A stretch of DNA of 64,000 nt from Mobula hypostoma. Its lineage: Eukaryota. Shown here in pieces: positions 51,346-62,848 of this stretch. Below the pieces are notes generated by a model, which was not told where the DNA came from, made no database searches, and worked only from the letters and a program-made list of their open reading frames with translations. A program made the translations under genes and the position numbers. Positions within the stretch are counted from its first letter, which is position 1; every line of letters starts with the position of its first letter. The DNA lies in assembly GCF_963921235.1 (NCBI RefSeq), contig NC_086097.1:247134001-247198000 (forward strand). Reading direction: 5' to 3'.

Positions 51346-52489
51346 ATCCTTCACTTTGATGTTACTGTGAATACCAGAACTAGCCGAAGGGGTAGGTTAT
51401 ATAAGCCTTTTACGCTCCTCACCAGTACTCTTCCAAATGCTTTAGACCACTCTACTCCACAATTTTGTTCCTGGAGATGTAGTAATGATCAGTGCTCAGA
51501 GGACAAATGGGTAATCACAACCTTCAAGAGGTCTGTGTAACATTGTAACAAAGTTCCTGAAATTATTGTGTGAAAAGAACAACTACGTCCTTAAAAGCAG
51601 CCCATTCCTTGACCTCTCCAAAGTGGATGGGAGCTTTGCTTTCAGCCGTAAGTAACCATGGGAGAGAATAAAATAATGTCCTTTAACAATAATTTCTGTT
51701 CTCTCACAACATGGAAGCCCACGTTCTCATGAAATTATACCACTTACACTGTACATCACTGAAGAAAGGTCGGATGAGCACGCTTGCAGCTGCTGGGGCT
51801 TAGATGATTGAAAGGTAGGTGTGTGAAATTCTGCAAGGTCTCCACAGGGCACACATGGAGAGGAAGGTTCCTCTTGTGGGAGAACATGGAACTAGGAGTC
51901 ACTCTTTATGATAAAAGGAATCTTTCATTTAACATGGAGATAGAACAGAACATAGAACAAAGTACACTTGGCTCCATTAAACTCCATCTGCCGTTTCTCT
52001 GCCCATATCAGCAATTGATCTTTATGTCATATAACATTGAACATAAAACAGTGCAGCACAATACAGGTCTTTTGGTCCCAGATGTTGAGCCAACTTTTTA
52101 AACTATTTTAAGATGAGTGCAACCCTTCCCTCATACATCACCCTCCATTTTTCTTAAATGTTTCTACCACCAACCCTGTCAGCGTATTCCATGCACCCAC
52201 TGCACAGTCTCCCCCCCCCCACTACTTTCCTCCATTCACCTTAAAATTATACCCCCTCTTGTTAGCCATTTCTGCCCAAGAGAAATTCTCTGGCTGTCCA
52301 TTCAGTCTATGCCTCCCATCTTCTTGTACACCTCTATCATAGTCACCTCTCCTTCATGCCAAATTGCCAATCCCTAGCTCACTCAACTTTTCCTCACAAG
52401 ACAAGTTCTCCATCCAGGCAGCATCCAGGTAAATCTCTTCCAAACAAGGATCAGCCACGACTGAATGACGGAGCAGACACGACGGGGCA

Positions 52490-53005
52490 AAAGAAGATCG
52501 AAAGCAGCGAGCTGGCTGCTGGCTGTGTGCCCAGAGACCCGTGTTGTTTGGGCTCAGAGCTCACAAAAAGTGACGCAAAAGATTTTTAACATCATAAATC
52601 AGCGAGTTGTTTTTGTTATGTCTCCTCTCTCGCTGTGAAACGGGGACATCTCTTTTTCCCTTATTAGGGAGAGAGAGAGAGAGCCCGTGTCCTGTTGAAT
52701 CATCGGGTGAACGAGTAGTCTTTGGGGTACTGCAAGTCTGTGTCTTTACTGATGCTTTGCTGCATGCTTGAGTGCTCGGTGCAGGGGTGCAGATACTTTT
52801 TTGCTGGTGGGGGGGGCAGTCATCGCTTTGCTGCTGCTTACTACCGTGGGAGGGGGAGCTGGAGGGCTTTGAGGTTCTAACATTTAACTGTCACCGATTC
52901 TTTGGGGCACTCCTCTGTCTTTGTGGATGTTTGCGAAGAAAAAGGATTTCAGGATGTATATTGTATATATTTCTCTGACATTAAATGTACCTATTGAAAC
53001 CTATT
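52490..53005 (+). mobile_element. Non-coding repeat with LINE-like 3' tail; related pieces at about 57620-57960 (+) and 25405-25735 (-)
   Basis: Shared 3' motif gtggatgt...gaaga...atttcagg.tg.ata.tgt..atat.t...tga.attaaat. It interrupts a CR1 3' end. Confidence 0.55.
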
Positions 53006-53272
53006 AAGGGAAGGTTTAGATTGATCTTGAAGCAGGACTGAAGGACCGCAGAGCATCGTGGGCCAAGGGCCTTTAGTGAGCTGTACTGTTCTATGTTCTA
53101 TTATGTAAATAAAATGCATGGTAACATTTCACTCGGACTGTGAAAAGAACATTGCGCTTACTGGATTCTGTGCCAGGAGGGTCAAAGTTTGTCAGCTGTG
53201 GCTCTCGAGTCCATCCTTGCATCAGACCAGAAGGCTGTAGGCTCAATTCCCACACACGAGACTTTAGTACAA

Positions 53273-53531
53273 GCAACACACACAAAGTGCTGGAGGAACT
53301 CAGCAGGCCAAGCAGCATCCATGGAAAAGAGTACAGTTGACATTTCAGGCCGAGACCCTTCAGCAGGACTGGATTTGTACTTGGAGCTTTCTTGCTCCAG
53401 TCCCGCTGAAGGGTTTTGGCCTGAAACGCCGACTGTACTCTTTTCCATAGATGCTGCCTGGCCTGCTGAGTTCCTCCAGCATTTTGTGTGTGTTGCTTGG
53501 GTTTCCCACATCTGCAGATTTTCCTTTGTTT
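53273..53531. mobile_element. Minimal inverted Penelope terminal-repeat unit
   Basis: Arms of about 100 bp are reverse complements. TSD gagactttagtacaa (53258-53272) / gagacttcactacaa (53532-53546). Confidence 0.85.
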
Positions 53532-53577
53532 GAGACTTCACTACAAAGTCCCTTCTGATACAATAACATCCAACAAT

Positions 53578-54765
53578 TAACACAAGAGATTCTGCAGATG
53601 CTGGAAATCCAGAGTTACACATACAATACGTTGGAGGAACTCAACAGGTCAGGAAGCATTTATGAAGGGGGATAAAATGGAGCCCTTCTCCTTCCCTTTC
53701 TCCCATGGTTCACTCTCCTTTCCCATCAGATTCCTGCTTCTTCAACCCTTTAGCTCTTCCACCTATCATCTCTTAGCATCTTACTCCACCCACTCCCCCT
53801 CCCCCACATTCTCGCTCAGCTGGTCTCACCAATCACCTGCTAGCTTGTCCTCCTTCCCCTCCACACCTTCTTATTCTGGCTTCTTCCCCCTTCCTTTCCA
53901 GTCCTGATGAATGTTCTCGGCATGGAATATTAACTCATTACAGCTCTCCATAGACACTGCTGACTTCCTTCATTATATCTTTTATTATGTGCTGGAATCA
54001 TAAAGAGATTTCTATAAACGCAAATGTTCTTAGTCTACAGAAAAAAACTCAATCGTTATTGGTGATTGTGGTACTCTGAAGTATTAATTGTTAATACTTA
54101 AACACACGAGATTCCACAGATGCTGGAAATCCGGAGGAAGACACACAAAATGCTGGAGGAACTCAGCAGGTCAGGCAGTGCCTTTGGAGAAGGGAAGGGA
54201 CTGAACCAACTGGGAGAAAATGGAGTCTCAGCATGTCCACATAATAAATGGCCAATCATTTAAGTTCCACTCCCCATTCTGACATGCTGATCCACGGTCG
54301 CCTCTATTGCCTTGAGGAGGCCACCTTATATTCTGTCTGGGTGGACTCCAATCTGATGGCACGTACTGTACATCAATTTCTCTCATTTTTGATCATTCCT
54401 AACCCCTCCTTTTCCATTCCCTATTCTGGCTCCCCTTTTACCCCTTCTCTTCTCTTCACCTGCCTATCACCTCCCTCTGGTGCCCAACCTCCTTCCCCTT
54501 TTTCTATGGTCCATTCTCCTCTCCTGTCAGATTGCTTCTTCTTGGCCCCTTCACCTCTTCCACCTATCAGCTTGTCACTTCATACCCCTCCCTCACTCAC
54601 CTACAGTCCCCTCAGTTGGCTTCACCAATCACCTTCAAGCTTGTACTCCTCCCCCTCCAAATGTCTTATTCAATCTTCATTCCCCTTCCTTTCCAGTCCT
54701 GATGAAGTTCCTCTCCACAGATGCTGCCTGAGCTGTTGAGTTCTTCTAGCATTTTGCACATGTAG
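53578..54765. mobile_element. Two further decayed Penelope units with inverted termini (53578-53965, 54100-54765)
   Basis: Both start with the gatgctggaaatcc...gaactcag motif and end with its reverse complement. The internal sequence is homologous to 62290-62850. Confidence 0.75.
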
Positions 54766-57700
54766 GTCATAACCAAAAGAAGCTTTAGGATGTTGTGGAA
54801 CCACAAAGTGATTTCTATAAACGCAGCCATTTTCTGCTTGTGAAGTCTTAGCCTACAGAAAAACTCAAATCATTATTTATGATTTCTGTGACCTGAAGTA
54901 TTTTGTTAAAACAGCGGTTATCCCAACAATAAGAACAATTAACTCACCCACTATTAATGAGGGAATGTTAATCAGTAGATCGGAATTGCAGTCCTCTTAA
55001 ATTCAACACCTACCTGCTGAAGGTCATCACTAAATGTCTGGAACGACGATACCCAAAAAGATCAAGTTTTTTTTTCCCCGAAGACCAGAGTGAGGATGCT
55101 TTCCACGCTGTGGAGGGATCGGCATGAAATTTCGCACAACGTCAAGGCTGAAGTATCCGTGAAATAACCATTTTGTTTAAAAAAAATCATTTCAAACGTT
55201 TGGTTTTATTTCTATGGTACAAAGTAAAAGTGACAGATCTGAAGCTGTGTAGGAACACACAAAGTGCAGCTTAACTGACCATACAGATATTGCTGTGGAT
55301 AAAGTACAGTATCTTCAGTCTAAAAAAGGGAAGCAACCTGTGCAGGTAAGTCAGCTTTGGTTTAGATGTCTGAACAGTAAGGATTGATCTTCATCTGGCG
55401 AGTTTTGTCTCTGCCTCCGGTGTTTATCCTCCTTTGCATTAAAAGTCCCAAAAAGATAATCTCCTTACTGTCAGTTCAACAGTGGTGCGTTTCACACCTT
55501 CACTCTCTGCAGCAATTGAGTAACCCTGGCAACAATTTCATAGCTTTTTTTTAGCAAAAAACGCTCATTTGCAAATGAATTCATGGACACTGTGCTACAA
55601 ATAGAGCTTTCGTAATTTATAAATCAGCAAAAACACATGACAGTTCACATTCAGCGGAAACAATGCAAACTTCAACCCAAACAGATTTCACTCAATTCGT
55701 TAAAGTCTAACAAGGAAATTAGTGGTTTCGAGTGTTGTAATTTAGGGCAATCGAAGGAGAGTGTTGAGGTAAAGTATTTATAAAGAGATTTAAAAAGTAA
55801 CAGTTTAATATTGTGAGATTGTCTGTAATATCGAGCCACATCTATACCATGTGCATATACCTATACTCAAATACTTAGAGCTTTGGTCCAGCATTGATAA
55901 GATGAGCAAAGGCATTTTGATTCTATATTTGGTTACAGCTTGAGTTACATTAAGCCTCTACTTATCTTTCTCAGTTCCATTCTGTATATTTTATATCTGC
56001 TAATGTGGTGGCAATGAGTGGATGTGTTAAAACCTTTTCAAGTATTCAAACTTTCACACTCTCTACGGTTAGGCAAAGACATTGAAGGGGGATGCGAAAC
56101 CAGGCTAGAGAACGGGATAAGGGATATGACACCAATGTAAGACACAATGTAATAACATCAACTGTCCTATTGCAATGTCTCTGTTGATGGCCAACAATGT
56201 TCTAGTAAGCACAAAACGTTCTGCAAAATACACAAAAATCCAGAGCAAAACACACAAAATGCTGGAGGAACTCAGCAGCTAGAGACACAGAGTCATAGGA
56301 CACTACAGCACCGAAACTGGCCCCTCGGCCCACCTAGTCTCATCCACCTGAGCCTGGACCATAGCCCTCCCATCCACGTACCTATCCAAATTTCTCTTAA
56401 GTGTTGAAATTGACCCTGCATCTACCACTCGCACTGGCAGCTCACCCCACACTCTCACGACCCTCCGAGTGAAGACATTCCCCCTCATGGTCCCCTTAAA
56501 GTAATTAGTAATGATCTTTCAAGAATCGCTAATTTCTAGGATGGTTCCTGAGGACAGCAAAATTACAAATGTCACTCCACTCTGGAAGGCAGAAGAAATG
56601 AAACTATAGGCCAGTTAACCTGACTTCAGTGGTTGGGAAGATGTTGGGGTCCATTATTAAGGATGAAGTTTTGGATTACTTGGAGGCACATGATAAAATA
56701 GGCCAAACTCAGCGTAGTTTCCTTTAGGGTAAATATTGTCCGAGAAAGGAGAGACATATTAATTTCTATGGCAATTAACAAACAGTTGATGTTTCGGGCT
56801 GAGACTCTTTATCAATATTTTCTTGTTAATATTGGTTACAATTTTAAAAATGATTATAATATCTGGACTGGAGTGCTACTTCACATAAAATATTTTGGTT
56901 ATAACTTAATTGATTCAGTCTATTCAAGGAATTACTTGCAGGTGCACAATCTATAAGAGTGAGTTGTCATGGCGAGGATGTTTCCTATAAATTGGGTGAG
57001 TCTAGGATCACAGGGCACAGCCTCAGAATACAAGGACGTGGCTTTAGAACAGAGATGAGGAGGAATTTCTTTAGTCAGAGGGCAGTGAATCTGTGGAATT
57101 CATTGCCACAGACAACTGTGAAGGACAAGCCATTGAATATATAACAACAGCTGGTAGGTTCTTGATTTGTAAGGGTGTGAAAGGTTACGGGGAGAAGGCA
57201 GGAGAATGGGATTGAGGTGGATAATAAATTGGCCATAATAGAAAGGTGGAGCAGACTTGAATTAATTCTGCTACGATGATATTACGGTCTAATTTAGCAA
57301 AGCAAAGGTCGTCATGATGAGATTGCCCAATAGAACAGTTCTGTAATAACACGTTAAGTGGTGTGGCTGTAGCTTGTTAGGAATGGTGTCTCTTTCTGGT
57401 GTGTTTTGAGCTGAGATCTTGAAGAGTTTAGGATTATAAAGATCCTCAGGGCAGCAGTCTGGCTAGAATTGTTTTCTTAATCCATGTAATCTCCATGTTT
57501 TTGTCCTCCATTCTTCATTTGCCAGAGGATATCTCCTTTCAAACCAGGTGCAATGGTTTGAGTTGGCTTCAGGGAGCATATGCAACAGTCCTGACATTCT
57601 TTAGTGCCCCCACAATAACTGTATGCAATGTTTGTCGTGAGCTTGGCGGTGCTTTGTTATCGCTCAGCTTTATTCACTGTTTGGTCGTGCAGATGAACGG

Positions 57701-58699
57701 TGACCTGTTGGAGTAAGTGCAATGGAAAGTCTAGATCATGGTGTCTGAGGGCTTTGCTGTTGCTTGCATGCAGGGTGGTGGTGGGGGGGGGCGAAGTTAA
57801 TGCTTTTGCTGCTGCTTGTGTGCGGGAGGGGGAGGGGAGGGGTTTCTAATGTTTTCTGCTGTTCATTCTTTGTTGTTTTTCCTGTTTCGTGGATGTCTGT
57901 GAAGAGTAAGAATTTCAGGTTGCATACTGTGTATATTTTTTGATATTAAATTCAACCATCATAGAATGGTGAAGCAGAGTCGATGGGCTGTATGGCTCGA
58001 TTCTGCCCCTATATCTTAGGGTCTTATCACTCAAAGCTCAGCCATCTTAATTTAACAATTCCCCTTTTGTAGTACACTACTAAAATAGAGTGCAATTTTT
58101 TTTCTTTCTCTTTCTCTGTGCAGTGGTTTTTGGTCTTTTTTTAAAAAAATGGTTTCTTTGGGTTTCTTGTTTTTGTGACTGCCTGTAAGCAGACAAATTT
58201 CAAGGTGTATAATTTACACATTCTTTGATAATAAATGTACTTTGATACTTTGAATCTTGAATACATTTGGGGTGAATTCTCCTCAGATTGGAATAACCAC
58301 ATTTATTTAATCTCCTTATTTGATCTTAAATTGATAGAATGAGTATTATGAAAACAAGTATCTGATAAGACTGCTAGTTCTATAGTCTCACTCAACCTGA
58401 TAGATTAGATGGGTCGAAGAGCCTGTTTCTGTGCTGTGACTCTGATTGTGAAATATTACTTTTCACTGGGTGCTTAATGCACCTGATCTGAGTGTGAAAA
58501 AAGAGAATAGAACTGAAAAACCATCGTTTCCAAAGAAAAATAATCTTCTGCTGAGTTCTGATGAGGACAAGACTTTGTGTTTTCAGATCTACAATATATT
58601 TCTAATTCCTTCTGGGCCAAATTATCATCTGCAAATTACTTTCAATAACGAATACTGAACTGCACTCTCTCCCCATTTTTAGAGCTTTAGTTAGATTAA

Positions 58700-59901
58700 T
58701 TGACTATTTTCAGCAATACCTTTATTGACCAACAAAAGAGACAGCACACCTGTAATTGAAGAGAACATCTGGCAGATCTCTGCTCCCAGTGTTGCAGGGA
58801 TTTGGGGAACTGATAAATATTTGGCAATCTAAAACAAGAACTGTAAATGAAATATGATTACTGTAGTTTCATGCCTTAATTTATGCATTGTTCCAATATG
58901 TATTTGGAATAATTAAGATTAACAATGAAACAATCCATGGTGTGGTCATGACCCAATCCTAATCTCTCGTTTAACCTTTATCAATTCTCTCTTAACCACA
59001 ATAGCATTGAAATTCTTTGGCTAACAGACTTTGGGAAAAATTGCTTTGCACACACATTTTACATCGATGTTGCAATTACACAGACAATTGATGTTGTGGC
59101 ACAAGAACGTTAAATAGAACTTCTTCATGTTTGTGACCACTTTGTAATTAAAGGGAACCGAACATTACATTGCTGGCGGTGTCTATAATCCCCCTTTTGT
59201 AACACACTACTAAAATAGAGTGCAATTTAAAACTCATCACACAGAAACACTGGCAGCTGCCTATTACTTAGAAATTGTTGGCACACAAACATTTCTGGTC
59301 TTACAGTAGCATGTAAGAAAGACGAAGTGACAACGTTGTAATGGTTTCCATAGTTGTGTTACCACGACGTGACAAACAGACACAATCTGTGAGAGGGGGT
59401 GGGGGGAAGAAAAGTAATTCATCCAGTTTCTGTAATCACAAATGTAAAAATTTAAACACAACATACGTTCAAAACCAGTAGGCTAGTAACTTGATTCTGG
59501 TGCTATTTTTGTTTATCGGACTTTGGTTAACAGATTAGTATTAATGCAGCACTTGGCACCTGTAAGTGAGTAACAGGCACAACTTCATACGTCTTTCCTC
59601 TGTGAAATACAGAGCTCTCTGTAACTCATGGAAGGTGTTTCTTTCTCAGTCAAATATTTTCACATATTTTACAGTACAAGAAATGTCTATTTGGTTCAGT
59701 ATCAGCCTGCTAAAAGACTGGATGTTTCTTTTCATTAAAACTAATTCTACCGCACAATAATGTGTTGCTTTTCTCAATAGTAAACTCAACAGACAGTCTG
59801 AAAACGTGTCCACACAGCACTCTGCATTCTTCCTCTTGCAGAAGTACCAGGGCTCTTCCGAAGACGTTGCCTCGTGATCCATTGGTGGAGCTTTAGTTCT
59901 T
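58700..59901 (-). other. POU6F2: Probable POU6F2 3' UTR (left boundary uncertain)
   Basis: AT-rich, TE-free sequence directly after the stop. Candidate AATAAA on the minus strand at 58726-58721 (another at 58307-58302). Confidence 0.5.
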
Positions 59902-60406
59902 TTATGAGGTTTCTTCGAAAGAATCCGTGAGAGGCTCCATGGCCAGGCCTGTCGAGGGCTCAGGTTGCTTTAAGCGTTTAATTGTGTTTTTCAGCGCTTG
60001 CCTTTTGTTGCAGAACCAAACTCTAACTACCTCCCGGTCATAGTTCAGTTTCTCGGCGATTTCTGTCATTTCTTGGCCGGACGGGTGCGTGTTCTTTTCA
60101 AAGTGGGCATTTAAGATCTCCAAGGCCTGGGGGGTGAAAGACGTTCGTCGCTTGCGTTTTTTGGAGGGCTCACTGCCGATAAACTCAGTTAGGTTCTGCA
60201 TTCCTGCGCGGTGGCGGGCTTCAGCTTCAGCCATCCACCGTTCAAGAACGGGCTTAATCTTCTGGGCACTTTTAGGGGTGATGTCCAACTTTTCGAACCT
60301 GGCAGGATATAAAAGGCCAGGGTTCAGTTTGGCTGTCAGACTGCTAGCTATAGAGCTCTCTTGGGCATCCTGTGGTAGGAAAAAGTGGCTTCTCAGGATG
60401 GTGTGT
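59902..60406 (-). CDS. POU6F2: Terminal coding exon of POU6F2 (end of POU-specific domain, linker, POU homeodomain, C-terminus); long acceptor form starts at 60406, short form at 60298
   Basis: Translates as HTILRSHFFLPQDAQESSIASSLTAKLNPGLLYPAR-FEKLDITPKSAQKIKPVLERWMAEAEARHRAGMQNLTEFIGSEPSKKRKRRTSFTPQALEILNAHFEKNTHPSGQEMTEIAEKLNYDREVVRVWFCNKRQALKNTIKRLKQ...EETS*. This matches the class VI POU factor POU6F2 as I recall it. A polypyrimidine tract plus AG (ttttctttctcaactttcctcag) precedes 60406, a second AG precedes 60298, and the TAA stop is at 59904-59902. Upstream exons lie beyond the right edge. Confidence 0.96.
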
Positions 60407-61137
60407 CTGAGGAAAGTTGAGAAAGAAAAGTCTTACTCTGGTGCTCTGCCAGGGTGGGATCCTACTGATCAATTAAGCGGCAGAAACACTTAGAATTTGC
60501 CCTGCGACATTACAGGAAGACCATTTGCCAGAAAGAATTAATTTTAAAATTAAAACTCCATTAATTCACGTTGCTACGATAATTATCAAAACTATATTCC
60601 AGTAACATATAAACATACACATTTAAACAATTGTCCCAGTCAACAATGTGTCTACATTACCTGTAAAATGTGATAACCATGCACTGAACGGCAATTTAAT
60701 TTGGGAAAATTAAACCATTCAGAGAAAAGCAGATTGCAACCTCTGGACGGGGGTGAGGGATGGGAAAAAGGGTGGAGGTTCTATCAGGCACTGTGCAGCA
60801 TCTAGGATTCCACCCAGGGTTACAGGAGAGAGAGGAAACTTTAGCCAGGGCAGCCTGGTTCTGACCTCACGGTGTGGACAAGCATTCAGGGTACATGAGA
60901 GGAATCAATTACTTGTTCATTTCCATACCAGCGACATTATAACTGAATGTCACCTTGGGTAAGTGCTTAAAAGATCGTTTGGCTGTCTTGCACAGACCAC
61001 ATTTAATTACACTCTATAACTCTGTAGATGACCAAATTCAAAAAAAATTTTCAATAAAGGCTGGAGAATGTGGTTGAGATCGATAATAAATCAGCCATGA
61101 TGGAATGGCTGGGCCAAGTCGCCAAATTCTGCTCCTA

Positions 61138-62848
61138 GCAGCACACACAAAGTGCTGGAGGAACTCAGCAGGCCAGGCAGCATCTATGGAAAAGAGTACA
61201 GTCGACATTTCGGGCTGAGACCCTTCGGCAGAACTGGAGAAAATAATGCTGAGGAGTAGATTTAAAAGGTGGGGGTGGAGGGAGGGGAGGGAGAAACACA
61301 ATGTGATGGGTGAAACCTGAAGGGGGAGGGATGAAGTGAAGAGCTGGGAAGTTAACTGGTGAAAGAGATACAGGGCTGGAGAAGGGGAGTCTGAAAGAAG
61401 AGGACAGAAGGCCATGGAAGACAGAGAAGGGGGAGGAGCACCAGAGGGAGGGAATGAGTAGGCAAGGTGATAAGGTGAGAGAGGGAAAAGGGGATGGGAA
61501 ATGGTGAAGTGGGGGCATTATTGTAAGTTCAAGAAATCAATGTTTATGCCATCATGTTGGAGGCTCCCCAGACAGAAAATAAGGTGTTGTTCCTCCAACC
61601 TAAGTATGTCCTCATCACGAAGTGGAGGAGGCCACGGATAGACATATCGGAATGGGAAGTGGAATTAAAATGGTTAGCCGCTGGGAGATCCCTCTTCTTC
61701 TGGTGGGTGGAGCATAGGTGCTTGGCAAAACAGTCTCCCAAACTACATTGGGTCTCACCGATATACAGGAGGTCACACTGGGAGCACCAGACACAGTATA
61801 TGACCCCAACAGACTCACAGGTGAAGTGTCGCCTCACCTGGAAGGGCTGTTTAGGGCGTGCAAATATAAGGACAAAGAGGGAGATCCGTGGGGAGGGACT
61901 AATGGACAAGGAAAAGCAGAAAGTTTGGGGGGGGTGGAAGGAAAGATGTGCTTGGTGGTGGGATCCAGTTGGAGATGGCTTCTCCACAGGGATTGCTCCT
62001 TACACAACTCTTTTGTCCATTCGTCCCTTCCCACTGATCTCCCTCCTGGCACTTATCCTTGCAAGCGGAACAAGTGCTACACCTGCCCCTACATCTCCTC
62101 CCTCACTACCACCCAGGCCCCAAACAGTCCTTCCAGGTAAGGCGACCCTTCACGTGTGAGTCTGTTGGGGTCACATACTAAGTCTGGTGCTCCCAGTGTG
62201 GTCGCCTGTATATTGGTGAGTCCCAACGTAGACTGGGAAACTGCTTCGCCGAGCTCCTATGCTTCTTCCACCAGGAATAGTTACATCTCCCAGTGGGCAC
62301 CCATTTTAATTCCACTTCCAGATCCAATATGTGCATCCATGACCTCCTCTACTGTCGTGATGATGCCATGCTTAGGTTGGAGGAACACCTTATATTCTGT
62401 CTGGGCAGCCTCAAACTTGCTGGCATGAACATTGATTTCTTGAACTTCTGGTAGTGCTCCCCCACTTCCCCATTCCCCGCCCCCTTCTTCCTCTCTCACT
62501 ATATCTCCTTGCCTGCCCATTGCTTTCCTCTGGTGCGCCTCCTCCCTTTTCTTCCTTCCAGGGCCTTCTGTCCTCTTCAGTCAGATTCCCTCTTCTCCAG
62601 CCCATTATCTCTTTCATTAATCAGCTTCCCCATCCCAGTTTCACCTATCACCTTGAGTTTCTCTCTTCCCTCTCCCCACCTTTTAAATCTACTCCTCGGC
62701 TTTTTTTCTCCAGTCTTGCCGAAGGGTTTTGAACCGAAACGTCAACTGTTCTCTTTTCCATAGATGCTGCCTGGCCTGCTGAGTTCCTCCAGCATTTTGT
62801 GTGTGTTGCCTTGGATTTCCAGCCCCTGCAGATTTTCTTTTGTTTGGG
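61138..62848. mobile_element. Penelope-like element (probably Neptune type), two inverted arms with GIY-YIG endonuclease remnants
   Basis: VIYCVWCSQCDLLYIGET on the minus arm and CKRNKCYTCP...FQVRRPFTCES on the plus arm. Perfect 12-bp TSD attctgctccta (61126-61137 / 62849-62860). Confidence 0.9.

Noticed and set aside
60089..60493. 134-aa plus-strand ORF overlapping POU6F2
   Set aside because: It is an antisense shadow of the coding exon with no recognisable domain and a non-ATG start.
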